Part shown: positions 50,756-61,202 of the stretch, piece after piece
Layout: the number at the start of each line of letters is the position of its first letter
Numbering within the stretch: the stretch's first letter is position 1
Assembly: GCA_034530615.2 (NCBI GenBank)
Contig: JAVRCV020000025.1
Span: 128,001 to 192,000, forward strand
Direction: 5' to 3'
DNA length: 64,000 bases
DNA from: Aulosira sp. ZfuVER01
GTDB lineage: Bacteria; Cyanobacteriota; Cyanobacteriia; Cyanobacteriales; Nostocaceae
Position numbers and translations under genes: made by a program
The notes under the pieces: generated by a model
Databases searched by the model: none
What the model was told of the DNA's origin: nothing
The model's input: the letters and a program-made list of their open reading frames with translations, nothing else

Positions 50756-52384
50756 TTATTTCCGCGAAAGCCTTTCTATCTCTTCGCCCAATTGCCTTCG
50801 GACAGATTCCAAGACGTTTGGATCGCGTGTCCAATTCTTCCAATCACGACCGACTTTTTGAGTTACTCCGAGTACCCATTTCTGGCGGCCAAGTTTTTTA
50901 AGTATCTCGATATATTCGTAATCTTCTACCCCTTCCCTCACCCACTTGAGTCGCATGGAAGGTACAACGCCTTTGACACCTACCTGTTTGCCAGGATAGA
51001 CTAACATTCCTTCACCAGGATAATAGTCATCCTTGTCAGAATGAGTTTGAACATCTTTCCAGGGTTGTTTTGTCCACAAATCAACTTGCCAGTATAAAAC
51101 TCCTGTTAACCCAAGACTTTGATTAATAAAGCCGTGAGGAATTCTATAATTTATGGGTTGAAAATCTATTTGCCATTTAGGAGAGTAACCCTCTTGTACC
51201 AAAGCGTTGTAAAACCAGACTTTATCTCCTTTTTGTAAAACCTCAGATATTCGCTTGGGAGCCGCATTGTACATCGCTGGCAATACTACCCAGATGTCTA
51301 CAGCAGAACGTCCAGTACCAGAACCATCATCATACAGAGCAGGTTTTGGGGCCATTGCTATAACAGTTGAAATTCCTGCTTTGTGAAAATTTCGTGCCCA
51401 CTGCTTGACTGGTTCAATCAGATTTGAGCATTTATCAATCTCATCGGCATACCTAGCGAACAGCAACAGATCTGATTGATGTATGCTGGCAGATTTGCGG
51501 ATCTCATCTACAGAAGGAGGTGGCTTCATTGCGCACTGCTTGAGATCGGCTCCACTCCAGAAAGGAAGACGCAGGGAGCGTAATCCCCATTTATCAATCA
51601 GCTCGCGCTGATCTTGTGGATCTACCCTTGAAGGCATGATTTTGTGTTTTAGCAGTTCCACCATAGCGCTCTTAGTTTTTTCTTCCCAGAAAGCAAAGGA
51701 AGAATTGAGTGATGGCTTAAGAGGTAACTGAAAATTCCAAACCTGCAACAGAATTTTGCCTGTCGTCACTCCTCGATTGCTGCTAATCGTGAAAGTACCC
51801 TGATATTTACCAGGGCTAGCATTGCGGGGTACAAACACATCTACCCAAATTGGTTGGTTATTCCCAGCTTTCAGGTTGAATGGAACTGCGTCTAACTCAA
51901 AACCTTTGAGATTGGCTTGAGTTTCAGGATTAACAAATGGAATTAGTCCATCAGCATACCATCCCGAACCCAAAGGTTGGTTGTTACTGCCTCTCTGCTT
52001 AGGACTCGACTGACTAACGTAAACGTAATGTTCTCGGTAGAGAGTAATGTTGTTCTTGGCAATTATTTGATTGTTGGGGCCAGACAAATCTGAGACTGAA
52101 ACATTCACATTTGTGAGATCGCTATTTGATGCTCGAATACCAATCTGAAATGGTTCGTATTCACCTCGAGCTGCATAAAGCTGAATCTCGGTTGAACTCC
52201 CTGGCCGCTCGTCTTTTCCTATCCTTTGTAGACCTGAAGTCACCCAGACTATAGGAGTTGTTGAAGAGTTTGCTAATAGCTTTACACTTGAACAAGCATA
52301 TAAAGCCAATACTGTTCCTAGTAGGCAGATGATAATTTTATATTTGCTAATTGCTCTTGTATTTATTTTAAAAATAAGAGACAT
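50756..52384 (-). CDS. DUF4091/GH123-like glycoside hydrolase domain protein, probable lipoprotein
   Basis: Lipobox-like LYAC; AARGEYEPFQ, QPIWVDV.VP, ADE, GEGMLVYPG, SMRL..VREGVEDYEY. Confidence 0.8.
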   Translation of the reverse strand: MSLIFKINTRAISKYKIIICLLGTVLALYACSSVKLLANSSTTPIVWVTSGLQRIGKDERPGSSTEIQLYAARGEYEPFQIGIRASNSDLTNVNVSVSDLSGPNNQIIAKNNITLYREHYVYVSQSSPKQRGSNNQPLGSGWYADGLIPFVNPETQANLKGFELDAVPFNLKAGNNQPIWVDVFVPRNASPGKYQGTFTISSNRGVTTGKILLQVWNFQLPLKPSLNSSFAFWEEKTKSAMVELLKHKIMPSRVDPQDQRELIDKWGLRSLRLPFWSGADLKQCAMKPPPSVDEIRKSASIHQSDLLLFARYADEIDKCSNLIEPVKQWARNFHKAGISTVIAMAPKPALYDDGSGTGRSAVDIWVVLPAMYNAAPKRISEVLQKGDKVWFYNALVQEGYSPKWQIDFQPINYRIPHGFINQSLGLTGVLYWQVDLWTKQPWKDVQTHSDKDDYYPGEGMLVYPGKQVGVKGVVPSMRLKWVREGVEDYEYIEILKKLGRQKWVLGVTQKVGRDWKNWTRDPNVLESVRRQLGEEIERLSRK

Positions 52385-52473
52385 TTTAAATTATCCTAAT
52401 GATGCTTCAAGAAACTAGAATCAGTAAAAATGTTGTAAAAAGGTTTATTTTTATAAGTTGCTAATTTTTTCAG

Positions 52474-54423
52474 TTAATAGTTTGTTTCTAACCAAGATTG
52501 GAACATCAACGCATTCCATAAACAGGATTTCCAACGCCGATCGCCTGCAAGATATTCTGCCCACTTCTGCCTAATTAGTTGTGGATTTAAAAAACCTTCT
52601 TGCTGCAACCGATGTTCATCCAACAGACTTTCTGCCCAGTCTTGCAAAGAACCATGCAACCAGCTATCAATCGGCACACCAAAGCCTTTTTTGGGGCGCT
52701 CAATCAATTCTTGCGGCACATACTTATACAAAATTTGACGTAATAGCCACTTACTTTGACCGTTACGGATTTTCATCGACATCGGCATACGCCAAGCTAA
52801 TTCCACCACCCGATGATCTAGCAACGGTACTCGAGCTTCCAAACTCACGCCCATACTAGCCCTGTCTACTTTGACGAGGATATCATCTGGTAGGTAAGTC
52901 ACCATGTCTAGATACATCATGCGTTGAGTGCAGTCTGGTATCTGTACCCAAGATTGGCGATCGCTAAAAGCCGTCATAGGTTCTGAGCTACCGATCACCA
53001 AGGCTTCTGGTTGTTGCCAGTCAGAAGCCAAATATTTATGCAAGGCTTCAGGATTGGCAGCTGCCAAAAAATTGGCGAGTAGGTGTACTTTAGTGCCAGG
53101 GGTGGGTTGTTTAAGTTTAGCTGGCAGTAAATCAGCAAAGTGACTCAAGCCTCGATCCCAAGTTTCGGGCGATAAGCTAGTCAATATATGGGCAGCAGTC
53201 TGTCGCAGTCTTGAGGGTATCCAGCCGATCTTCTGCCAAATCTGGGAGCCTTTAAAATAGTGAGAGTATCCAGCAAATAGTTCATCGCCTCCGTCGCCAG
53301 AAAGACTTACGGTTACATGCTGTCTAGTCAGCTGAGATAAGAGAAAAGTCGGAATGTGAGAAAGGTCGCAGAAGGGTTCATCGTAGATAATAGGCAGTTT
53401 GGGAATGACAGCAAGCGCGTCTTTTAGAGTCACATAAAGTTCTGTGTGATCTGTGCCCAAGTGCTGTGCTACAGCTTTGGCCTGCGGTGCTTCATTGTAA
53501 CCATCCTCATAAAAACCAATAGTGAACGTTTTCACAGGTTGGCTACTTTGAGCCTGCATCAGAGCTATCACTGTAGAAGAGTCAATACCTCCCGAAAGAA
53601 AACCTCCTAGAGGAACATCGGCAACCATTCGCAGTCCTACTGCTTCCTGGAGTAACTCCTCTAGTTGTGCTACTGCTTCTACGTCAGAGCCAGTGAAGGG
53701 TTCAGCCGCGCCCGATTCTACAATTTTTTTAGCAGACCAATAAGCGACTGGTTTTGGATGAACATCTTTGCCATCCCAAGTTAAAGTTGTTCCTGGCGGT
53801 AATTTGTAAAGACCTTGGTAGATGGAATAGGGAGCAGGAATGTAATTGTAGCGGAAAAACAATCCCAAAGCATCGCGGTTGATTTCCCCCCGAAAATGAG
53901 GATGGGCTTTCAAAGCTTTTAACTCTGAACCGAACAAAAAAGTTTTACCGTTCCAACCGTAATAAAGGGGCTTTTCTCCCAAGCGATCGCGTCCCAAATG
54001 TAAAACTCGCTCTTTGCGGTCCCATAGGGCAAAAGCAAACATACCATTGAAGCGCTCAACAGCCCCATCCAGACCCCACTGGCTAAAGCTGGCTAGCATC
54101 ACCTCAGTATCGGAATGACCTCGAAAATGGTACCCAACGTCTTTAAGTTGATACCGCAGTTCTAAAAAGTTGTAAATCTCACCATTGAATACAATCACAT
54201 AGCGGCCATCGGTAGACACCATCGGTTGATGTCCTTCTGGTGAAAGATCCACAATTGCCAATCGCCGATGACCGAAGGCAATACCAGCCTCAGCATCTAC
54301 CCAAATGCCGCCATCATCCGGCCCTCGATGTACTAAGGTGTTTGACATGCGCTTGGCGATCGACTGTAGCTCTTCTAAACTGAATTGTTGAGATATATTC
54401 CAAAAACCGTTAATTCCACACAC
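52474..54423 (-). CDS. asnB: Asparagine synthase (glutamine-hydrolysing) family amidotransferase (WbpS-like uronamide synthase)
   Basis: N-terminal Cys (MCGING), HRGPD, HRRLAI.DLS, FNGEIYN, LSGGIDSS, SGDGGDELFAGY, KVDRASM. Confidence 0.93.
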   Translation of the reverse strand: MCGINGFWNISQQFSLEELQSIAKRMSNTLVHRGPDDGGIWVDAEAGIAFGHRRLAIVDLSPEGHQPMVSTDGRYVIVFNGEIYNFLELRYQLKDVGYHFRGHSDTEVMLASFSQWGLDGAVERFNGMFAFALWDRKERVLHLGRDRLGEKPLYYGWNGKTFLFGSELKALKAHPHFRGEINRDALGLFFRYNYIPAPYSIYQGLYKLPPGTTLTWDGKDVHPKPVAYWSAKKIVESGAAEPFTGSDVEAVAQLEELLQEAVGLRMVADVPLGGFLSGGIDSSTVIALMQAQSSQPVKTFTIGFYEDGYNEAPQAKAVAQHLGTDHTELYVTLKDALAVIPKLPIIYDEPFCDLSHIPTFLLSQLTRQHVTVSLSGDGGDELFAGYSHYFKGSQIWQKIGWIPSRLRQTAAHILTSLSPETWDRGLSHFADLLPAKLKQPTPGTKVHLLANFLAAANPEALHKYLASDWQQPEALVIGSSEPMTAFSDRQSWVQIPDCTQRMMYLDMVTYLPDDILVKVDRASMGVSLEARVPLLDHRVVELAWRMPMSMKIRNGQSKWLLRQILYKYVPQELIERPKKGFGVPIDSWLHGSLQDWAESLLDEHRLQQEGFLNPQLIRQKWAEYLAGDRRWKSCLWNALMFQSWLETNY

Positions 54424-54488
54424 ACTTGGTTTACCTCTTTTGTAATTACAACTACTTAAGTTTCTGTTAGCAAAGTTAGAAATATTGT

Positions 54489-56231
54489 TTATTTTGTAGG
54501 GTTTAAATTCAGTTTACTCATTTCTAATTGCATAGCATCTTCTACAAGAATTTGATTCATTTCACAAATGATTAAGGCACGCAATGCTAATCTATTGATA
54601 TTTATGGGAAGAGATTTCGCTGGAAATAAGGTTTTAATATAACATTTGAGTTCCTCTGGCATCATCATTCTAATTTTGGACTTCCAGCTATTTTTGGCAG
54701 GTTTACTATTGGATACTTGCAGATTCTCGAAAATGTAGTCTATAAATTCAGAAGTTAAAATTTTTCTAGCAGAATCTGTCTTTAATTTCCTTGATAAGAA
54801 ATTTACATATTCTTGAGTTGCTAATAAATCTTCTAACTTTTGCGTTGACATTTGTTGGGCAAATGGTATTCCTTTAGGGCTTAGGGAAATAATAATACTT
54901 TTAAACAGTTTTTTCTGTATGCGTAAATAACTAGGCATCTGTCTCACTTGTTCAATAATTTCCCTTGAAAGTAAAGGATTAATTATTTCAACATAAGAAC
55001 ACTTTAAATCAGTTAATGCTGCCAATATATAAGGAATACGAAATTCATGATAAAGTCGGTCTCGCCAATCCGCAAAAGACTCTCTATTTTTTCTGAGTAA
55101 CCTTTCTGGGAAAATCTGCGATTCAAATCCAAATTTGGCAATGATATTGTAGTTATAGTAGTCTGATAATAAGTTATTATTCATAACTCTTCTTACATCT
55201 AAAGATGTAAAAGCTGACAATATAGGAAACCCAAACGCTTCATCTCCTCTAATAATTCCTAATACTCCTTGTTCAAATAATTCTTTCCAGACTTTAAAGC
55301 CATCCATATAGCCTGAAATATGGTCTATTCTTCCTTCACCAGCAACCAAAAATCTCTGGAAAATGTTTTCCCATGATTCAGATGATGAATCTAATTCAAA
55401 GTATTTATTTTCGACACCAATATGTGTTGCTAATTTATTAGCCACATAAGCATCACTATTTGGCTCGGACAAAGAAGATTTCAAGCCCCATGTTACAGTT
55501 TTCAGTCCAGTTCGATTTTTTAACAGTAAAAGAATCGCTCTACTATCGAAACCACCAGAAAGGGGTAAAATCCAATTTGAATAATCAAAGTCATATTTGG
55601 TAAATGTATTTTCCAAACTATTCAATAACTGCTTTTTATGTTGTTTTTTAGATAAGTTTTGGCTTTGGAATACTACATCTTTCTTCTTTATTTCTAACTC
55701 CCACGATGAACGATTCAGTAAAACACTAGAATCTGCTTCTACAGACTTTATCCTCGTATCCCAAGACAAACCAAAACCAAGTGAACCAGAAGACAACATC
55801 CACGAAACTGTAGTTTTGTTTGGTTGAAAACTCTTGAGGAAAAATACAATAGCGCGTTGTGATGTAGAAGCAATAAATTCTTGCTCAGTTTTCACATACC
55901 AAATTGTTCGGGAAGCCAATACATCAGTTACTAATTCAACAAAATTATCATCGCTACGAAATAATGCAAATGAGCCATCTGCAATACATGTTTTTGGCTG
56001 CCACCAATGCTCTTGTTCTGTAATAATTTGCCCTAAATAAACACTGGTATTATAAGTACCTACAGTTTTATTTGGATTAAATATGCCGATCAAAACTCCA
56101 TCTTGGCAGATTGTTTTAGGTGGATTTGGTGAAAAGTTATCTGGCATCAGTCTGTTAGATAACCTTTCAATATCTGCCTGAGTATATTTATTTTTTTTAT
56201 CTCTTCGGCATACTAGTACGACTTTTGACAT
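54489..56231 (-). CDS. Divergent asparagine-synthase-related protein
   Basis: PLSGGFDSR PP-loop and RGDEAFG are present; the N-terminal catalytic Cys is absent. Confidence 0.78.
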   Translation of the reverse strand: MSKVVLVCRRDKKNKYTQADIERLSNRLMPDNFSPNPPKTICQDGVLIGIFNPNKTVGTYNTSVYLGQIITEQEHWWQPKTCIADGSFALFRSDDNFVELVTDVLASRTIWYVKTEQEFIASTSQRAIVFFLKSFQPNKTTVSWMLSSGSLGFGLSWDTRIKSVEADSSVLLNRSSWELEIKKKDVVFQSQNLSKKQHKKQLLNSLENTFTKYDFDYSNWILPLSGGFDSRAILLLLKNRTGLKTVTWGLKSSLSEPNSDAYVANKLATHIGVENKYFELDSSSESWENIFQRFLVAGEGRIDHISGYMDGFKVWKELFEQGVLGIIRGDEAFGFPILSAFTSLDVRRVMNNNLLSDYYNYNIIAKFGFESQIFPERLLRKNRESFADWRDRLYHEFRIPYILAALTDLKCSYVEIINPLLSREIIEQVRQMPSYLRIQKKLFKSIIISLSPKGIPFAQQMSTQKLEDLLATQEYVNFLSRKLKTDSARKILTSEFIDYIFENLQVSNSKPAKNSWKSKIRMMMPEELKCYIKTLFPAKSLPININRLALRALIICEMNQILVEDAMQLEMSKLNLNPTK

Positions 56232-56410
56232 TTTACACTTCCTTATAGTAATAGTATTTGATGTGAGTTTTACGTTTAATTCTGTTCTTCAACAAAATGT
56301 ATAACTTGAAAATCTTTTTTACATCCCTGACTTGAAAGTGCTGAGTTAACAGTAATTAATCATCCTCCTTGTCCTTGTTACTTTTTTCATTGGCAATACG
56401 TTTTTGTTGC

Positions 56411-57538
56411 CTAAGCCGTTTCATACAATGCCTCATACTTAGCGGTAATAGAGTCTAAAGCACAGTATTCAATTGCTCTTTCTCGTGCCGCTTTTCCTAA
56501 AATTGCTCTGCCTTCTACACCTAAAGTAATTAACTCTTTCCAAGCATCAGCAAGTGCCTGTGGATTTTTCGGAGGCACAACTCTACCCGTTTTGTCTATA
56601 ACCCAGCCTGAGTCTCCCACGTCTGTTACTGTACAAGGCACCCCGGCAGCCATCGCCTCTGCAACTATTAAAGGAAATGCCTCACCATAGGCGGATGCAG
56701 AAGCAGCAATATCGAGTGCAGCAGTCAGCTGAGCAATATCTTTACGTTCCCCCAACAAATGAATGCGATTAGCAATCCCTAGCTTTTGAATTAACTCAGA
56801 CAATTCCTGATTTGTTTGTTCAACATCTGTTCCAACTAAAACAAAATGAACATCTGGATAATCTTTTAACAAAATTGCAGCAGCTTGCAAAAAATTCGCA
56901 TGATCCTTCATTGGATGATAACGACAAATTAAGCCAATCAAAAAAGCGTTATCAGTTAAACCTAACTCTTGACGAACAGCTAATCTGGCTTCAACTGATG
57001 GCATAAATAGCGAAGTATCAGCTGCATTTGGAATCACATAGCCTTTATCAACACAATATCCCAAACCTTCGTGCTGTGATCTACCAATCCTAGATACATA
57101 AATAATTTTGCTAGAAAATTTTGAGAGTGCGGCACCTAACTTAATAACATTCGCCGTCATGCTTTTTTCATAAGCCAGAGAGTATACTGAGTGCTGAATA
57201 TTCCAAAAAACAGGGATTTTTTTGGAATAAAAAATACTTGCTATCTGGGCTGCTAAATTGCCGTGATACATCCAACCTTGAATTAAATCAGGTTTAAGAG
57301 TGTTTATTGTACTAATTAACCGCAAAACCACAGCTGGTGTTGCTAGCATTCCAGCTTTTATATTCAGTGTATAAATAGGTATATTTAATGCAGCAACAAG
57401 CTCACCAACTGTACCACAATCCATAAGAGAGATAACAGCTACAGAAAACCGATTTCTATCTATTCGAGACAGTAATCGATAAAGCATCATTTGAGCGCCG
57501 CCAGTAGAAAGGTTAGTAGTAACATAAACAATTTTCAT
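56411..57538 (-). CDS. Glycosyltransferase family 4
   Basis: GGAQMML, WMYH, RYHPMKDH, EAFP....EAMAAGVP...TDVGD. Confidence 0.92.
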   Translation of the reverse strand: MKIVYVTTNLSTGGAQMMLYRLLSRIDRNRFSVAVISLMDCGTVGELVAALNIPIYTLNIKAGMLATPAVVLRLISTINTLKPDLIQGWMYHGNLAAQIASIFYSKKIPVFWNIQHSVYSLAYEKSMTANVIKLGAALSKFSSKIIYVSRIGRSQHEGLGYCVDKGYVIPNAADTSLFMPSVEARLAVRQELGLTDNAFLIGLICRYHPMKDHANFLQAAAILLKDYPDVHFVLVGTDVEQTNQELSELIQKLGIANRIHLLGERKDIAQLTAALDIAASASAYGEAFPLIVAEAMAAGVPCTVTDVGDSGWVIDKTGRVVPPKNPQALADAWKELITLGVEGRAILGKAARERAIEYCALDSITAKYEALYETA

Positions 57539-57578
57539 GACTTTATACACCAATTATTTACTATTAATGTTTTGTTTT

Positions 57579-58805
57579 TTAAATTAATTTCTGTTGTTCT
57601 AACTGGCTTCTCCAATTCATAGAAGCCATTAAAGAAAACATCAATAAAATATTGCGCTCTTCAAACACATTATGGCTAAACAATCCCCACATTAAAATAA
57701 AAACCGCGAAAATCGAACCAATATCTTTTACCTCACCCCGTGCATTTACAGTGGTTAAAAAAACTAGTAATGGTAAAAGCGTAATTCCTAAAAATCCATG
57801 TTCAACTATTAACATTAAATACATATTATGAGGTCGAATCTGACCCCAAATTTCGGTATAGCCAATGCCATGGCCTAAAATTGGGCTTTCGACGAATTTG
57901 CTCCAAGCAAAAGGAATTATATCTAATCTGGAAGTATCATCATTAACAGGTTGTAACGAAGGATTCAACAAAAATTGTAGTCTTGCCAGCGCATTATCAT
58001 CTAAGTTCAAGTTAGAGCTTAGCTGATTCACCAGCAAACTTGATGAAATACCAAAAGCAATAACAATGCCCAACAAAAATAAAATTGTATACAGTGATTG
58101 ACGGCGAGGAATTATCTGTCTATGTATAAAAAATACAGTTATCATTAGCCAGCCAATCAGTCCTCCTCTGGAGAAAGTTAGAAAGACTCCTAGACCACAT
58201 ACGGCGAGAAAAATTAATCGAAATTGAAGTGGCAAAATACCAATACTGAAAATTAGACCAAGGATCACAGCACAAGCTGCCGTATTGGGATTTCCATAAA
58301 ATCCTGCTGGTCGACCTGATTCATTTAAGCCACCAAACATTGAAGGATCTATTAATTCATTGAAAATGTTAATAATACTAATAATTGTGACAATAAAGAT
58401 TGCCCGCCTCACCCAAATTTCAATATTTTTATTTGGAGAAGATATCAGAAATAAATTTATTACCAAAAAAGCCGTTGAGAGAAATCTATTTCTGAATATC
58501 TGAACAATAACTTCAGACTGAGCCGATAACAAAAAAGAAAATGCCGAAAATCCTAAATATAGTGCACACCAAGCAATTAAGTTTATAGGTAAATATTTAC
58601 ATCTAGCAGAAAATGCAATAATTAAGGGAATTGTTGCTATTCCAAAAACGATGACCCATGTAGTAGGGGCAGGACCAATGCCAATATCAAATAAATATGT
58701 AGCTAAATTTGTGCCGAAAGCCAAGGTAGAGGCTACAGCTAGAGCCAACTGATAAGACAACAGCCAATCTATTTTTTGATTTTTTTTATTTACAGCTTGA
58801 TTCAT
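57579..58805 (-). CDS. O-antigen ligase/Wzy polymerase family membrane protein
   Basis: About 11 TM segments; R.AGFYGNPN, TFSRGG, PILGHG.G, PHNMYL..IVEHG..G. Confidence 0.85.
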   Translation of the reverse strand: MNQAVNKKNQKIDWLLSYQLALAVASTLAFGTNLATYLFDIGIGPAPTTWVIVFGIATIPLIIAFSARCKYLPINLIAWCALYLGFSAFSFLLSAQSEVIVQIFRNRFLSTAFLVINLFLISSPNKNIEIWVRRAIFIVTIISIINIFNELIDPSMFGGLNESGRPAGFYGNPNTAACAVILGLIFSIGILPLQFRLIFLAVCGLGVFLTFSRGGLIGWLMITVFFIHRQIIPRRQSLYTILFLLGIVIAFGISSSLLVNQLSSNLNLDDNALARLQFLLNPSLQPVNDDTSRLDIIPFAWSKFVESPILGHGIGYTEIWGQIRPHNMYLMLIVEHGFLGITLLPLLVFLTTVNARGEVKDIGSIFAVFILMWGLFSHNVFEERNILLMFSLMASMNWRSQLEQQKLI

Positions 58806-59940
58806 GAGATAAACGCAAAAAAACTGCTTCTGTTTTAAGAACTAATTGAAATACAGAGAAATTCTCCGTTATTTGTTGGCGAATTTTTTCTTTAGAGTAA
58901 TTATTTGTGCCTAAATTTTCGATCAAGCTATGGATGCACTTTTTCAAGGCTTCTGGATCTCTGGGAGCAACTATGAGGCTGCTATCACCAACAATCCAAG
59001 CTGAATCACCCACATCCGTAACTACGCAAGGAACGCCACAGGACATGGCTTCTCCGATTACATTAGGAAATCCTTCAGTATAAGAAGACGAAACAGATAT
59101 ATCTAGAGCATTATGTACAGCAGGCATATCTGCACGTGCTCCGGCCCAAATCACTCTCTCAGAAATACCTAACTCTTCGGTCAGCTGATATAATTCCTGC
59201 TGATATAACTCCTGTGCCTGGTTTTTTGTTCCACCCACACAGACGAAACGCAAATCCTGAATCTCCTGGCATAGTAAAGCAGCTGCTCTCAGAAATGTAG
59301 GATGGTCTTTCCTTGGATCTAGTCGCCCCACCAAACCGATCAAAATTGTGTTTTCTGGAATTCCCCATTCTAATCGTACTTTTGCCCTACTTTCTGGGTC
59401 AGGTTTAAAACATTCAGTATCAATACCATTGGGAATAACCATAATTTTATTGGCAGGAACTCCATGATCTAGGTAATAGTCTTTACCTGCATGAGAATTG
59501 AATACGATCAGGTCAGACCAGGGAGCTAAAATGTACTCTAACTGAGAAAGAAAACGCCCTAACCAACCATAAAGATTAGAGCTAGCATCGCCAGATTCGC
59601 GTACTCCCCAAATCATGCGAGTTGATGGAAAAAAGGGTTTTAAGAAAATAGTTAGTAAATTCGATTCGCCAAGATATCCATGCAAAACATCAGGCTGTAT
59701 GTGTTTAAGATGCTGGACAAGGCGCGAAAAAAAGCCGAACACATCCCAACGTTGCCGTTTTTCCAAACATATCAATTTAATCTCATTGTCTTTTAAGTCT
59801 TTCTCTAAAGCTCCACCAGAGTAAAAGTATAAAACTGTTACATCGAAATTTTGCTGATTAATCCCTTTTACTAAGGTCAATAATTGCTTTTGAGCACCAC
59901 CAAAGTTGAGATCGCGAATCAGAAAAGCAATTTTTAACAT
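58786..59940 (-). CDS. Glycosyltransferase family 4
   Basis: GGAQKQL, IPNGID, GRLDPRKDH, EGFPNVIGEAMSCG. Confidence 0.92.
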   Translation of the reverse strand: MLKIAFLIRDLNFGGAQKQLLTLVKGINQQNFDVTVLYFYSGGALEKDLKDNEIKLICLEKRQRWDVFGFFSRLVQHLKHIQPDVLHGYLGESNLLTIFLKPFFPSTRMIWGVRESGDASSNLYGWLGRFLSQLEYILAPWSDLIVFNSHAGKDYYLDHGVPANKIMVIPNGIDTECFKPDPESRAKVRLEWGIPENTILIGLVGRLDPRKDHPTFLRAAALLCQEIQDLRFVCVGGTKNQAQELYQQELYQLTEELGISERVIWAGARADMPAVHNALDISVSSSYTEGFPNVIGEAMSCGVPCVVTDVGDSAWIVGDSSLIVAPRDPEALKKCIHSLIENLGTNNYSKEKIRQQITENFSVFQLVLKTEAVFLRLSHESSCK

Positions 59941-59962
59941 AATTTATTCCTAATAAAAAATA

Positions 59963-61075
59963 TTAAATAGTAATCGTTTTTTTAATTGCTACTTCTTCAA
60001 GTAACGTTTCCCACATACCCATGATTTTTTCTAAACTAAAGCGTTCAATGATTTCTGGTGCACGAGCAGCTAAAGATTTTCTCTGTGACTCATCAGACAT
60101 GAGTTTGTCCATTGCTTGAGCTAATGCTGATACGTCTTCATTCGGCACTAAAATACCATCGATACCATTGCGGATAATCTCTTGAGGCCCACTAGGACAA
60201 TCCGTAGAGATGACTGGTAGACCACAAGCCATTGCTTCAGCAAGAGCATTGGGAAAACCCTCAAACCGAGAAGACATGATAAAAAGTTCAGCTTGCTTTA
60301 AAAAACCATAGACATTTTTTACTGGCCCAAGAAAATGGACGCGATCGCCTAGTTCTAACTGATTACGTAAAGCTTCTAGCTCTGGAAGTAGGCTTCCTTC
60401 TCCTAAAATAGTTAATTTCCATTCTGGATAAATATCTTTCAATTTTGCAAAAGCTTGTAGCAAAAGATCGAAGCCTTTTTGTTGATGCAAGCGTCCTACA
60501 GCAATGAGCGATCGCGGATCTAACAACTTGTCTGATGATGCTTGTGCTTTTGGTGGCGCTAAGACTGGATTAGGAATAATACAGACACGGCTTTGCAGCT
60601 GAGATGGAAAAAAATTCTTTATCCTCTGAGTTTGCACAACTATTCGCTCTGCAAATGGGTAAGTCAATTGGCGTAATTGTTGCCACCCCATACCTATAGA
60701 ATGTCTTAGAGGATAATTACGTTCTGATACTATTACTGGAATGCCTAACAATCGCGTTGCCAGTAAAGTAATTATATTTGTTTGAGTCATGAAGCTAATC
60801 ACGGTATGAGGTTTGTTTTGAGAAATTGCACTTCTTAGTGTTAAAATTCTCTGCAAATTACTCCAAATACCAATGAGCGCATTGGGAGATTTTTTATATA
60901 GATTTAAAGGAATGTAAGAAACACGGGAATCTAGATAGAAATCGGGTATTTTAGTATCATCTAGGGTTAATACAGTAATTTCCCATCCCTGCGCAGCCCA
61001 ATAATTCGCCATGATTGACATAACCCGTTCTGCACCACCAAAAGTAAGGGAAGAGATGACAAAAGTTACACGCAT
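59963..61075 (-). CDS. Glycosyltransferase family 4 (AmsD/PglH-like)
   Basis: GGAERV, IPNP, GRLHQQKGFD, SRFEGFPNAL.EAMACG. Confidence 0.92.
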   Translation of the reverse strand: MRVTFVISSLTFGGAERVMSIMANYWAAQGWEITVLTLDDTKIPDFYLDSRVSYIPLNLYKKSPNALIGIWSNLQRILTLRSAISQNKPHTVISFMTQTNIITLLATRLLGIPVIVSERNYPLRHSIGMGWQQLRQLTYPFAERIVVQTQRIKNFFPSQLQSRVCIIPNPVLAPPKAQASSDKLLDPRSLIAVGRLHQQKGFDLLLQAFAKLKDIYPEWKLTILGEGSLLPELEALRNQLELGDRVHFLGPVKNVYGFLKQAELFIMSSRFEGFPNALAEAMACGLPVISTDCPSGPQEIIRNGIDGILVPNEDVSALAQAMDKLMSDESQRKSLAARAPEIIERFSLEKIMGMWETLLEEVAIKKTITI

Positions 61076-61202
61076 TACTTTTTCCTAGCTGTTAACACAA
61101 TGTAAGCTGATAGAAGTTTGGCTGTTTTCAAAGGAGTTAAATCTTTTTCAACTGCACAAACTGTCTGAGATTCACTGTATGTTTTACCTGCTTGATGATT
61201 AT

